A stretch of 64,000 bases of DNA, from NCBI GenBank assembly GCA_946404215.1, contig CAMJCT010000007.1, forward strand, positions 1,990 through 65,989, given 5' to 3'. Under the pieces are notes generated by a model, which searched no databases, was not told the origin of the DNA, and saw nothing but the letters and a program-made list of their open reading frames with translations. This DNA is from an uncultured Clostridium sp. (GTDB taxonomy: Bacteria > Bacillota > Clostridia > TANB77 > CAG-508). This document shows positions 11,321-22,919 of this stretch, piece by piece. Positions within the stretch are counted from its first letter, which is position 1. The number at the start of each line of letters is the position of its first letter. A program made the translations under genes and the position numbers.

Positions 11321-11453
11321 TAATGTGCTCCTTAAATAATACTTTTAAGTATATTATACTATAAAGATAAACATTAATTATTTCAACAATATTAAATATT
11401 ATTTACAATTTAATTACAATAAAGAATAAAACATGATTACTATAATATGTAGA

Positions 11454-13907
11454 TTATTTTATAACAATATTGTAAATTTTATTTTTTATATAAATTTCTC
11501 TTAATATAGTTTTACCCTCTAGTTTTGAATCAATAGCTTTATGTACTTTTTCCATTATAATATCTTGATTTTCATCTAAAGATATATTAATTGTTGCTTT
11601 CAATTTACCATTTACCTGTATAGGTAATGTTATTTCATTAGCAATTGTTTTTGCTTCATCATATTGAGGCCATTTTTCATAAGCAATAGAATCATTATGA
11701 CCCAAAGAATTCCATAATTCCTCCGTAATATGAGGAGCAACAGGATTTAATAGTTTTAAAAATCCTTCAGCATAGCCTTTTGGGAATACATCTTCTTTAT
11801 AAGCCGTATTAATGAAAATCATCATTTGGGAAATAGCAGTATTAAAGTCCATTGACTCATAGTCATTTGTTACTTTTTTTACGGTAAAATGGTATTCTTT
11901 TTCAAGTTTTTTATTTTCTTTAGCTTTAATTTTTCCAGATTCAGTATATAATCTCCACACTCTATCCAAGAATTTTTTAGAACCATCTATGCCATTTGGA
12001 TCCCAAGGTTTAGCACTATCAATAGGTCCCATAAACATTTCGTAGACTCTTAAACTATCAGCGCCATATTGTTTTACCATATCATCAGGATTAATAACAT
12101 TTCCCTTTGATTTACTCATTTTCTCACCGTTAGTTCCTAATATCATACCTTGATGGCGAAGTTTAGCAAAAGGCTCTTTAACTGGAACAATGCCTTTATT
12201 ATATAAATAATTATTCCAAAATCTTGAATATAATAAATGACCAACAGCGTGTTCAGGACCACCCACGTATAAGTCAACAGGCAACCAATATTCTAGAAGT
12301 TTTTTGTTGGCTAATTCGTTATCATTTTTAGGGTCTATATATCTTAAGAAATACCAACTTGAACCAGCTGAACCAGGCATGGTGCTTGTTTCTCTTTTGG
12401 CTTTTTTTCCTTCATAAGTGGTATTTACCCAATCTGTTGCCTTGTCAAGAGGAGAAGAACCAGTTTTAGAAGGAGCATAATCTTCTAGCTCTGGAAGAAT
12501 TAAAGGAAGATCTGAATCTGCTAAAGCTTTCATCTCGTTGTCCACATATACTATAGGTATAGGTTCGCCCCAGTAACGTTGCCTTGCAAAAATCCACTCA
12601 CGAAGTTTATAATTTACTTTTTTAGTACCAATTTTATTTTCCTCTAACCATGAAATCATTTTATTTATAGCTTCTTCTTTGTCCAATCCGTCTAAAAATT
12701 CAGAGTTAATATGTGTGCCATCTCCAATAAAGGCTTCTTTGCTTATATCACCACCAGCAAGAACAGGAATTATATCAATGCCAAATTTAGTAGCAAATTC
12801 ATAGTCTCTTTGGTCATGTGCTGGTACAGCCATAATACAACCGGTACCATATGTAGACAAAACATAGTCAGAAATCCAAATAGGTATTTTTTTGCCATTT
12901 ACTGGATTTATAGCATAACTTCCTGTAAACACACCAGTTTTTTCTTTGTTTAACTCTGTCCTTTCTAAATCAGACTTTGAAGCAGATAGTTTTTTGTATT
13001 TCTCGACTGCATCTTTTTGTTCATCAGTTGTAATTTTCTCAACTAAATCTAATTCCGGAGCTAAGACACAGTATGTTGCACCAAATAACGTATCAGCTCT
13101 TGTAGTAAATACAGTAAACTGTAAATCTGAATTAGCTATTTTGAAATTAACTTCTGCACCTTCACTACGACCAATCCAATTTCTTTGAATTTCCTTTGTG
13201 GATTCAGGCCAATCCAATTCATCTAAACCATTTAGCAAAATATCAGCATATTTAGGAATGTCTAGAACCCATTGTTTCATATTTTTACGAACAACAGGGA
13301 AGCCACCTCTTTCACTTTTTCCATCTATAACTTCATCATTTGACAGTACACAGCCTAATTCTTCACACCAATTAACAGGCATTTCAATTAATTTAGCAAG
13401 ACCATCATTATATAATTTCTTAAAAATCCATTGTGTCCACTTATAGTAATTAGGATCACACGTGGAAATTTCTTTGTCCCAATCAAAAGAAAGACCAAGC
13501 ATTTTTAATTGTTTTTTAAATGTTTCTATATTATTTGCAGTAAAACCTGCAGGGTGGTTTCCTGTTTTTATTGCATATTGTTCAGCAGGAAGTCCAAATG
13601 CATCCCATCCCATAGGGTGCAATACATTGTAACCTTGCATTCTTTTCATTCTTGACATTATATCTGTTGCAGTATATCCTTCTGGATGACCAACATGAAG
13701 TCCTTGACCAGATGGATAAGGGAACATGTCTAATGCATAGAATTTTGGTTTTGAGAAATCCCATACATCAGTAAAAAATGTTTTGTGTTTTTCCCAATAA
13801 TCTTGCCATTTTTTTTCGATTTCGTTGAATTTATATTCCATATATAAAAACTCCTTTCCAAATTTGTTAATTGGGCATATTATATAATAAAATGTGTGTT
13901 TTTTCAA
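11454..13907 (-). CDS. leuS: Leucine--tRNA ligase
   Basis: 817 aa. HIGH motif as HVGHP. KMSKS motif present. CP1 editing domain. Confidence 0.95.
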   Translation of the reverse strand: MKKHTFYYIICPINKFGKEFLYMEYKFNEIEKKWQDYWEKHKTFFTDVWDFSKPKFYALDMFPYPSGQGLHVGHPEGYTATDIMSRMKRMQGYNVLHPMGWDAFGLPAEQYAIKTGNHPAGFTANNIETFKKQLKMLGLSFDWDKEISTCDPNYYKWTQWIFKKLYNDGLAKLIEMPVNWCEELGCVLSNDEVIDGKSERGGFPVVRKNMKQWVLDIPKYADILLNGLDELDWPESTKEIQRNWIGRSEGAEVNFKIANSDLQFTVFTTRADTLFGATYCVLAPELDLVEKITTDEQKDAVEKYKKLSASKSDLERTELNKEKTGVFTGSYAINPVNGKKIPIWISDYVLSTYGTGCIMAVPAHDQRDYEFATKFGIDIIPVLAGGDISKEAFIGDGTHINSEFLDGLDKEEAINKMISWLEENKIGTKKVNYKLREWIFARQRYWGEPIPIVYVDNEMKALADSDLPLILPELEDYAPSKTGSSPLDKATDWVNTTYEGKKAKRETSTMPGSAGSSWYFLRYIDPKNDNELANKKLLEYWLPVDLYVGGPEHAVGHLLYSRFWNNYLYNKGIVPVKEPFAKLRHQGMILGTNGEKMSKSKGNVINPDDMVKQYGADSLRVYEMFMGPIDSAKPWDPNGIDGSKKFLDRVWRLYTESGKIKAKENKKLEKEYHFTVKKVTNDYESMDFNTAISQMMIFINTAYKEDVFPKGYAEGFLKLLNPVAPHITEELWNSLGHNDSIAYEKWPQYDEAKTIANEITLPIQVNGKLKATINISLDENQDIIMEKVHKAIDSKLEGKTILREIYIKNKIYNIVIK

Positions 13908-14199
13908 TATGATGACTGGTATTTTTAAAATTTGCCTAATATATAATGTTTTTTAAAAAGAAATTGTTTTAAAGGTTGATATATAATATTTTTGAATGTT
14001 TCGAATGTGATTAAAGAAACGATATAACTTCGTAATGAAGCGGAGAAACTGAAAAAATATTTATATATCAACCTTTGATAAAATTTTTTGTATAAGACCA
14101 TTATCTAATAACAACTCAATTTACAAAAAACAAAAGAGTATTGAAATAAGAAAATAAAAATGATAAAATTTCAAAAAAGTAATAAAAAAGGACAATAAA

Positions 14200-16194
14200 A
14201 TGGGCAAAAAATTATTAATAACAGAAAAACCATCAGTTGCAATGGAGTTTGCAAAAGCACTAAAAATAACTACAAATAGAAAAAATGGATATTTAGAATC
14301 TGAGGAATGGATAATAACATGGTGTGTAGGTCATCTAGTTACAATGAGTTACCCAGATAAATATGATGAAAAATTAAAGTTTTGGAGATTAGATACACTT
14401 CCATTTATTCCAGAACAATGGAAATACGAAATAATTCCACAAGTTGCAAATCAATTTAAGATTATAAAAGAATTAATGCAAAGAGAAGATATAGAAGAAA
14501 TCTATAATGCAGGCGATTCTGGAAGAGAAGGAGAATATATACAAAGGCTTGTATTTATGATGGCTAAACCGAATCCTAAAGCTATAATGAAAAGAGTGTG
14601 GATTGATTCACAAACAGAAGAAGAGATTCTAAGAGGAATTAGAGAAGCTAAGAATCTATCTGAATATGATAGCCTTTCAAATAGTGCGTATCTAAGAGCA
14701 AAAGAAGATTATTTAATAGGAATTAATTTTTCAAGACTATTATCTATAATATATGGAAGGAAGTTAGCACAAAGTATTAATGAAGAAAAAGCGTCAATTT
14801 CAGTAGGAAGAGTAATGACTTGCGTACTTGGAATGATAGTATCAAGAGAAAGAGAAATAAGGAATTTTGAAAAAACTAAATATTATAAAATAGTAGGAGA
14901 ATTTGGAGATAGTGAATCTTCTTTTAGGGCTGAATGGAAAGTAACTGAAAAATCTAAATATTTTGCTTCACCTAAGTTATATAATGAAACAGGGTTTAAG
15001 AAAGAAAATGATACAAAAGAATTTATACTAAATTTAGCAAATAAAAAAGCAGTAATTACAGAATTAAAAAAAACAAAGCAAAAAGAGAATGCTCCTCTTT
15101 TATTTAATTTAGCAGAAATTCAAAATGAATGTACAAAAAGATTTAAAATAAAGCCTGATGAAACTCTGGAAATAATACAAAATTTATATGAAAAAAAATT
15201 AGTAACATATCCTAGAACAGATGCGAGGGTGTTATCAACCGCAGTAGCTAAAGAAATAACGAAAAATTTAAATGGAATTGCAAAAGGATATAAAGACGAA
15301 GAAACACAAAAATACATAAAAAAGATGGTAGATGAAAAATATTCAACAAATTTAATAAAAACCAAATATGTAAATGATAGCAAAATAACAGACCATTACG
15401 CAATTATTCCAACAGGTCAAGGGTATGAAAACTACAATGGATTACCAGAATTACAAAAACAAATTTACAAGGTAATAGTAAATAGATTTATTGCAATTTT
15501 TTACCCACCAGCAGAATATAATAAGGTTCAAGCAACCGCTAATGTTGAAGGAGAAAGCTTTTATTGCAGTGGAAAAGTATGTGTAAAAAAAGGTTTTTTA
15601 GAAGTATTAAAGCAGCCGACCAGAAATAACAATAAAAAGTCCACAATAGATAAAGAAAAAATGGAAATAAAAGAGGAAAATTCAAAGAATGAAAAAGACA
15701 TAGAAAACGAAAAGCAAGAAAATAGTAACATGGAATTATTAAAAGATCTAAAAAAAGGTCAAGAAATTGGTGTAATAAATTATGAAACGAAAGAAGCAGA
15801 AACTTCTCCACCTAATAGATATAATTCTGGTTCAATTATATTAGCTATGGAAAATGCAGGTAAATTAATAGAAGAAGAGGAGTTAAGGGAACAAATTAAA
15901 GGTGCAGGAATAGGAACAAGTGCTACAAGAGCCGAAATAATGAAAAAACTTGAAAAAATAAAATATATAGAAATAAATTCAAAAACTCAAATAATTACTC
16001 CAACTAAAAAAGGTGAGATAATATACGATATTGTAAATAATTCTATGCCAGATATGCTTAATCCAAAACTTACTGCTAGCTGGGAAAAAGGCTTAGAGAT
16101 GGTAGCTAAAAATGAGATAGAGCCAGAAGAATTTATGGAAAAACTAAAAGGTTATATTCATAGTAAATTTAATAGACTAGTTGTAAAAATGTAA
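14200..16194 (+). CDS. topB: DNA topoisomerase III (type IA)
   Basis: 664 aa. Toprim N-terminus (LLITEKPSVA), a type IA active-site Tyr region, and domains 2-4. Confidence 0.7.
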   Translation: MGKKLLITEKPSVAMEFAKALKITTNRKNGYLESEEWIITWCVGHLVTMSYPDKYDEKLKFWRLDTLPFIPEQWKYEIIPQVANQFKIIKELMQREDIEEIYNAGDSGREGEYIQRLVFMMAKPNPKAIMKRVWIDSQTEEEILRGIREAKNLSEYDSLSNSAYLRAKEDYLIGINFSRLLSIIYGRKLAQSINEEKASISVGRVMTCVLGMIVSREREIRNFEKTKYYKIVGEFGDSESSFRAEWKVTEKSKYFASPKLYNETGFKKENDTKEFILNLANKKAVITELKKTKQKENAPLLFNLAEIQNECTKRFKIKPDETLEIIQNLYEKKLVTYPRTDARVLSTAVAKEITKNLNGIAKGYKDEETQKYIKKMVDEKYSTNLIKTKYVNDSKITDHYAIIPTGQGYENYNGLPELQKQIYKVIVNRFIAIFYPPAEYNKVQATANVEGESFYCSGKVCVKKGFLEVLKQPTRNNNKKSTIDKEKMEIKEENSKNEKDIENEKQENSNMELLKDLKKGQEIGVINYETKEAETSPPNRYNSGSIILAMENAGKLIEEEELREQIKGAGIGTSATRAEIMKKLEKIKYIEINSKTQIITPTKKGEIIYDIVNNSMPDMLNPKLTASWEKGLEMVAKNEIEPEEFMEKLKGYIHSKFNRLVVKM

Positions 16195-16224
16195 GTATTT
16201 TTACAAAAATAAATTGCAAAATGA

Positions 16225-16256
16225 AACAGCCCAACTCTATAGTAAGTTGGGCTGTC
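16225..16256. terminator. Bidirectional terminator (AACAGCCCAACT / AGTTGGGCTGT)
   Basis: Perfect 11-bp stem and a 9-nt loop between the topB stop and the convergent small ORF. A or T runs lie on both sides. Confidence 0.7.
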
Positions 16257-16262
16257 TCTATG

Positions 16263-16451
16263 TCATTTTTTCTTGTAAGGGCATCGTGTGTTTTCACGCG
16301 AAAAATAATTAGCACATTCCGATGGCAGTTTGCCAAAAACGGAATAGACTTTTTGCATACGCTTATCAGGGTCATCAGTATATAAGTAACCCTTACAGCG
16401 TTCGCAAATAATGCTTATAGACTTCAAAGTTTTCATGTAATCAAATGACAT
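16263..16451 (-). CDS. Small Cys-containing protein of 62 aa, possibly a zinc ribbon
   Basis: Contains CERCKG..RCPYKK. It sits between the terminator and the mfd promoter. The overlapping ORF 16169..16375 was rejected. Confidence 0.35.
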   Translation of the reverse strand: MSFDYMKTLKSISIICERCKGYLYTDDPDKRMQKVYSVFGKLPSECANYFSRENTRCPYKKK

Positions 16452-16602
16452 ATGCTCCTTCTTTCTGCCCAGTTACAACTGGGTCTTGTCATGAACCTTT
16501 TATAGGCTCTCCTACAATGTGTACATATTAATTATAACATATTTTACATAATATTACAATATGTACAAAAAAATAAAATTACCCTTTTTTTATGCTCAAA
16601 AA

Positions 16603-16613
16603 TGTAGTATAAT
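16603..16613 (+). promoter_or_regulatory. Extended -10 promoter element (TGTAGTATAAT) upstream of mfd
   Basis: TGnTATAAT consensus lies about 25 nt upstream of the mfd start. Confidence 0.35.
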
Positions 16614-16637
16614 ATATAATATTAAAATAATAAGCAA

Positions 16638-19600
16638 TTGGGAGAAAGAATGAATACGATTTTAGGAGAACTTGGTAAGTCAAATAAATTTACAGATTTA
16701 CTAAAACAAATAGAAAATAAAAAAAGTCCGGTAGCAATATCGGGCTTAACTGACATGGGATTAGTGCAAATAAGCACAGCTATTAATGGATTTGGAAAAA
16801 TTCCTATATGCATTGTTACTTATAATGAAATTCAAGCAAAAAAGCTGTATGAGGACATTAAATATTTTACAGACAAAGCAGTGCTATTTCCTAAAAAAGA
16901 AGTAGTTACTTATGATTATGTTGCTGAAAGTAAGCAACTACCATGTGAAAGAATTGAAGTTTTTAATGAAATAAAGGCAAAAAAAAATTTGATTATTGTC
17001 ACAACAATAGAGGCTTTAATGCAAAAATTGCCTACAAAAGAGTCTTTATATAAAAATACATTAGATTTCAAAATAGGTGCTTCATATAATTTAGAAGAAA
17101 TAAAACAAAAATTAGTAAAGCTAGGGTATTCGAGATGTGACTTAATTGAAGGAAGAGGGCAATTTAGTATTAGAGGTGGAATTTTAGATATTTCAATAAA
17201 TCAAAATACTGGTATAAGAATTGAATTTTGGGGAGATGAAGTAGATTCAATAAGGAATTTTAGCATAACAAGTCAAAGGTCAATAAATACATTGGAAAAA
17301 GTAAATATTTATCCTGCTCATGAATATATTCTAGAAAAATCTATTGAAGATGTATGTAAAAAAATTCAAGATAAATATAAAAATACAAAACATTATGAAA
17401 TAATTGAAGAAGACATAGAGCAAATAAAAGCAGGGAATTATATTAGTAAAATAGATAAATATTTTGATTGTTTCTATGATGAGCAAGAAATATTAGTGGA
17501 ATATTTATCTAATAATTGTTGCATATTTCTTGACGAAATTGGAAAAATAAAACATAGAAGCAACAATATAGAAATAGACAAAAGTAATTTAGAAAAAGCT
17601 TTAATTGAAAAAGAAAAAATCATTCCAGAAGCTATTACAAACACATTAAAAATTAATGCTATCGAAGAGAGATTAGAAAAGAAACAAATTGTGTACATTG
17701 AAAAGCAAGATATACAAAATAGAATTACAGAAGAAAATTATTATTTTCAATATAGAGAAATAAACTATTATAAAGGTGAAATAGAAAATTTAATAGAGGA
17801 ATTAAAAAATACTATAAAATGTAAGAAAAAAATATATATAATTGTTTCATCAATTGAAAAAGCAAAAAAAATACAAAATATATTAAATGAAAATGAAATA
17901 ATAAATAAACTGGAGGAGAAGCTTAACCAAACTATTATAGTTAAATCAAATGAAAGTATTGTTACAATTACAGTTGGAAAGATTTCATCTGGTTTTGAAT
18001 GCTACGACTTAAAAGAGCTTGTAATAAATGCAGATGAGCTAATTGACGGGGAAAGGAAAAAGAAAAAAATAACTAGTTCAGCATTTAAAGAGGGTGAAAA
18101 AGTTGTTTTTGCAGATTTAAGAGTTGGAGATTATGTGGTACATAGAAAATATGGAATAGGTATTTATATAGGCGTAAATACAATAAAAGCAGATAATACA
18201 ATAAAAGATTATATAAAAATAAAATATCAAAATGATGACATTCTATATATTCCAACTAATGATTTAGACTCAATAAGAAAATATATAGGTGGAGATGCAA
18301 TTCAACCTAAAATAAATAGACTTGGAAGTAAAGATTGGGAAAATACAAAAAGTAAAGTTAAAAAGAATTTAAGAGAAGTAGCAAAAGATTTAATAGAATT
18401 ATATGCAAAAAGAGAAAAAGCTAGAGGCTTTGCATTTAGTAAAGATACTACATGGCAAAATGAATTTGAAGGCAAATTTCCATACCAAGAAACAGATGAT
18501 CAATTGCGTTGTATAGAAGAAGTTAAAAAAGATATGGAACTTGAAAAACCTATGGACAGATTGCTGTGTGGTGACGTTGGGTATGGAAAAACAGAAGTTG
18601 CATTAAGAGCTGCATTCAAGGCTGCAATGGATCAAAAACAAGTTGCATATTTAGCGCCAACTACTGTTTTAGCAGAACAGCAATATCAAGAATTTAAAGA
18701 AAGAATGAAAGATTTCCCTATTAAAGTTGAGATATTAAACAGATTCAAAACCAAAAAATATCAAGATGAAGTAGTAAAAAAACTAAAATTAGGAGAAGTG
18801 GACATTGTAATTGGAACACATAGATTATTAAGTAAAGATGTGGAATTTAAAGATTTAGGTTTATTAATTATTGACGAGGAACACAGATTTGGAGTAAAAG
18901 CAAAAGAAAAAATAAAAGAATTAAAAACAAGTGTAGATGTACTAACAATGACAGCAACTCCAATACCTAGAACAATGCACATGTCAATTGTAGGAATAAG
19001 GGATATGTCTGTAATATATGAACCACCACATAATAGAAAACCAGTTCAGACCTATGTTTTAGAATATGATACAGAAGTAGTACAAGAAGCAATTACAAAA
19101 GAGCTAGAAAGAGGAGGACAGGTATTTTATCTATTTAATAATGTAAAAGGGATTCAGAAAAAAGTAGATGATATATCAAGATTAGTTCCTGAGGCAGTTG
19201 TTACATATGCACATGGACAAATGACTGGTAATCAAATTGAAGAAATAATGAAAGAATTTATAGAAGGAAAAACAAATGTATTAGTATGCACTACGATTTT
19301 AGAATCTGGAATTGATATACCAAACGCAAATACTATAATTGTAGAAAACGCAGATAGAATGGGATTAGCACAATTATACCAAATACGTGGAAGAGTTGGA
19401 AGAGCAGATAAACAAGCTTATGCATATATTACATACAAAAGGGACAAATTGTTATCAGAAATAGCAGATAAAAGGCTAAAGGCAATAAAAGAATTTACAG
19501 AATTTGGTTCAGGTTTTAAAATTGCTATGAGGGATTTGGAAATACGTGGAGCTGGAAGCCTACTTCGGAGAAATACAATCAGGTCATTTAGAACAGGTAG

Positions 19601-20124
19601 GATATGATACATATTGTAATCTGTTAGATGAAGTGGTTAAAGAAATGAAGGGAATAAAAGTTGAACCAGAAGTGGACATACAAATAGACCTAAATGTAAC
19701 AAGTTATATTCCAGATAAATATATTGAAGATTCAAATCTAAAAATAGAAATATACCAAAACATTGCACTTTGTAGGAATGAAGAAGATATACAAAATGTT
19801 ATAGATGAAATAATTGACAGATTTGGAAACATGCCACAAGAATTAGAAAATTTAATTAATATAGCACGTATAAAATATTTAGCTAAAAAATTAAATATTG
19901 AAAAAATTGCTAGCAGAAGAACAGCAGTAGTGCTTACATTTTTAAACAATAAATTAGACATAGATATTAATAAATTGGTAAAAATATATGGAAATAGAAT
20001 TAGATTTTCAGCAGGAATAAAACCAATGGTTACTTTAGAAATTGGATCAAATAATGAAAGAAAAATATTAAATGATGTGAATGAATTATTGAAGGAGGTA
20101 AGGAATGCAAGTAATTTCAAGTAA
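16638..20124 (+). pseudogene. mfd: Transcription-repair coupling factor Mfd, interrupted by a +1 frameshift (extra C at 19566)
   Basis: ORFs 16638..19607 and 19546..20124 join when the C is removed: ..LEIRGAGSLLGEIQSGHLEQVGYDTY.. The helicase motifs DEEHRFG and a TRG-like region are intact. Confidence 0.8.
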
Positions 20125-20893
20125 AGATAATGATATTATTAAACATATTAAAAAACTGAAAGAAAAAAAATACAGAGATATAAATAATCAGTTTATTGTT
20201 GAAGGTATTAAGTTAGTATCTGAAGCTATTCAAGAAAATGCAAAAATTAAGCAAATTATACTATGTGAAGATTGCGATAAAGTTGAAGCAATTCCACAAG
20301 AGCTAATGTATGAAATAGCAAAAAAAGATTGTATTTATGTTACTGAAAAGTTATTTAAGTTTATTACTGAAGTGCAAGCCCCACAGGGTATACTTGCTGT
20401 TATTGAGAAAAACAATCAAAAAAGTGAAATAGATTATAATCAAGATATTATTGTTGCTATTGATGATGTGCAAGACCCTGGTAATATAGGTACAATATTA
20501 AGAACCATTGATAGTGTAGGACTTACACAAGTATTAGTATCTAAGGGGACAGCAGATATATATAGCCCTAAAGTTGTTAGGTCAACTATGGGAGCAATTT
20601 TTAGAGTAAAAACAATAGAGTGCAAAGACTTAGAAATCACCTTGAAAGAAATGAAAAAGAACAAATTTAAGATTGTTGTGACATCTCTGCAAACTGAAAA
20701 TTCAATTTATAATATAGACTATAATAAAAAAGTAATTGTAGTTGGTAATGAAGCTAATGGAGTTGAAGAAAGTATACAAAATTTAGCAGATGAAAAAGTA
20801 AAGATACCAATGCTTGGAAAAACTGAAAGTTTGAATGTATCTGTTGCAACTGGTGTTATTTTATATGAATATGTGAGACAAAAGCTCCAATAG
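20105..20893 (+). CDS. TrmH/SpoU-family RNA 2'-O-methyltransferase (RlmB-like)
   Basis: 262 aa. SPOUT-fold motifs. An N-terminal substrate-binding domain. Confidence 0.6.
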   Translation: MQVISSKDNDIIKHIKKLKEKKYRDINNQFIVEGIKLVSEAIQENAKIKQIILCEDCDKVEAIPQELMYEIAKKDCIYVTEKLFKFITEVQAPQGILAVIEKNNQKSEIDYNQDIIVAIDDVQDPGNIGTILRTIDSVGLTQVLVSKGTADIYSPKVVRSTMGAIFRVKTIECKDLEITLKEMKKNKFKIVVTSLQTENSIYNIDYNKKVIVVGNEANGVEESIQNLADEKVKIPMLGKTESLNVSVATGVILYEYVRQKLQ

Positions 20894-20975
20894 CTAACGT
20901 GTTGTTACAATTCTTAGATATTAATTATGGAGAACGCAATATTATAAATATAAATAAGAAAGGAATGCATAAAAA

Positions 20976-21479
20976 ATGAATTTAAATGTAGTAATGGTAG
21001 AACCAGAGATTCCACAAAATACTGGTAATATTGCAAGAACTTGTGCAATAACGGGAGCAAAACTACACCTAGTACATCCACTTGGCTTTAAAATAGATGA
21101 GAAATCTATAAAAAGAGCTGGATTAGATTATTGGGATAAGGTTGAAATAGAAGAACATAATTCTTTAGAAGAATTTTTAGAAAAATACAAACCAGAAAAG
21201 CATAATATGTTTTTTGCTACCACAAAGGGAAAAACTAAATATACAGATATAGACTATTCAAATATGGAAGAAGTTTTTGTACTTTATGGAAAAGAAACAA
21301 AAGGTCTTCCTGAAGGGTTACTTGAAAAGTATTTAGATAAGAAAACAATAAGAATTCCGATGCTTCCAACGCTAAGGTCGCTAAATTTGTCAAATTCAGT
21401 TGCAATAATTACGTACGAAATTTTAAGGCAACATGATTTTGAAGATTTGCAGCAAATAAGTTATTATTTTGATAAATAA
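20976..21479 (+). CDS. trmL: tRNA (cytidine/uridine(34)-2'-O)-methyltransferase TrmL
   Basis: 167 aa. Minimal SPOUT enzyme with motifs VVMVEPEIPQNTGNIARTC..GKETKGLP. Confidence 0.7.
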   Translation: MNLNVVMVEPEIPQNTGNIARTCAITGAKLHLVHPLGFKIDEKSIKRAGLDYWDKVEIEEHNSLEEFLEKYKPEKHNMFFATTKGKTKYTDIDYSNMEEVFVLYGKETKGLPEGLLEKYLDKKTIRIPMLPTLRSLNLSNSVAIITYEILRQHDFEDLQQISYYFDK

Positions 21480-21746
21480 TAGTTGCGGTTCTACCTTAAA
21501 ACTATTATTGCCATTCTTGACATGTATAGTAATAAAAAGGTATGAATGAACATAAAAAAATAGTGTCGAAAAGTAAGAAGTTTTGTAGAAAGTGTTGCAA
21601 GGCTTCTTTTTTTTTGCTACCATAAAGTCAGAAATAATGTTTTTATGTCTACATCAAGTTTGATTTAAAACTTAAATTATTTAATCAAAAAAAATTAGTT
21701 CTTAATAAAAATCCTAAAAAAGATAATAAAAAAAGGAGGTGAGCTA

Positions 21747-22460
21747 GTGAAGGTATTCACCTATAATCAATACATAAAGTTTATTCACAGAGTAAGGCTA
21801 AATGCAGTATTACAAATAGCAGAAGAAAAGTCCAAATATATGTTGGAAAAAAATGGCATGACAAAAGACAAAAGAAAATTAGAAACACCAATAGAGCCCG
21901 AGAATAATAAAGAAACAATAAAAAAAAATGTGTGCTTAAAAAATGAAATACGAGAGATATTAAATAATAATGAAGAAGTGGCAAATTTAATAAACACATT
22001 TCTAAAACCAAAGAGAATTATAAAAGGTGAAGATTTGTATTTATATAAAAGCAATTACATAGATAAAAAATACAGTTCAGAGGAGTGGACAATTATATAC
22101 AAACGTAAAAATATGCCTGTTTTTTATTTATTAAAAAATCAAATGTATGTTGATAATGAAATAAATTATAAAATGCTAAATATTTGTGTTGATATAATAC
22201 AATCGTGGAGTAGAAATAGGAAACTTGCAGAGGATATTAGAGAGCCAATAATAGTACCTATAATAATTTATACTGGAGAAGAGAAATTAAAAATAGTTAA
22301 AACAACCAATCAAAGTAATTATGGAAGCAATATATTAGAAAAAAATCAGATAGATATAGGTTGTAATATTATAGATATAAATAAGATAGATAATGATTTG
22401 TTAATTCGAAAAAACACATTGTTTTGTGATGCAATATTAAAGCAAAGAAATGAGTATTAG
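21747..22460 (+). CDS. Protein like the Rpn/YhgA recombination-promoting nuclease (PDDEXK_7/transposase_31), with a degenerate catalytic motif
   Basis: 237 aa. Aligns to the Rpn core. VFYLLKNQMY stands in place of YLLIEHQS. The characteristic ..EPIIVPIIIYTGE.. matches LPLVIPVLFYHGE. The HD..FK and EHQS residues are absent. Confidence 0.4.
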   Translation: MKVFTYNQYIKFIHRVRLNAVLQIAEEKSKYMLEKNGMTKDKRKLETPIEPENNKETIKKNVCLKNEIREILNNNEEVANLINTFLKPKRIIKGEDLYLYKSNYIDKKYSSEEWTIIYKRKNMPVFYLLKNQMYVDNEINYKMLNICVDIIQSWSRNRKLAEDIREPIIVPIIIYTGEEKLKIVKTTNQSNYGSNILEKNQIDIGCNIIDINKIDNDLLIRKNTLFCDAILKQRNEY

Positions 22461-22466
22461 AAGGAA

Positions 22467-22802
22467 GTGGTAAGAATAGATATAGACTTTAATTTAATAG
22501 GAGAAAGAATAAAAAATGCAAGAATAAAAAAAGGGTGGACCAAAGCTAAAATGGCCAAAGAGATAAATGAATCTAATTCATATATTAACAAAATAGAAAA
22601 TGAAGGAGAAATTAATTTAAAAAAATTAGCTAAAATAAGTCAAATACTTGAAGTGGAAATTGCAGAATTAATAGTTGGAACTATACCCAATAATTATAAC
22701 TATTTAGAAAATGATTTACACCAAATACTATTAAAATGTACAAGAACTCAACGAAAATTTATATATAATGTAGCAAAAATTGTATCGCAATCACAGCTTT
22801 AA
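22467..22802 (+). CDS. XRE-family HTH transcriptional regulator
   Basis: 111 aa. HTH_3 N-terminus. It is a paralogue of the 63028..63363 gene: same length and a shared C-terminal LLKKCT..Q.R.I.NIAK motif. Confidence 0.6.
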   Translation: MVRIDIDFNLIGERIKNARIKKGWTKAKMAKEINESNSYINKIENEGEINLKKLAKISQILEVEIAELIVGTIPNNYNYLENDLHQILLKCTRTQRKFIYNVAKIVSQSQL

Positions 22803-22919
22803 ACAATAAAAAAGGCTGAAGTATAATACTAAAATCTTTATCTCAGATATTTTCTTTACAAAACAAAGAAAATAGTATAAACTTTATAAGATAAAAAGAA
22901 AAACAAAAGGTGATAAGAA

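Noticed and set aside
13908-14199. T-box riboswitch upstream of leuS
   Set aside because: No T-box consensus GGUGGUACCGCG or specifier-loop architecture was found on the leuS strand. Only a generic long inverted repeat is present.
16169-16375. 68-aa minus-strand ORF overlapping the topB 3' end and terminator
   Set aside because: It overlaps the terminator hairpin and the better-supported 62-aa ORF, has no RBS, and has a low-complexity sequence.
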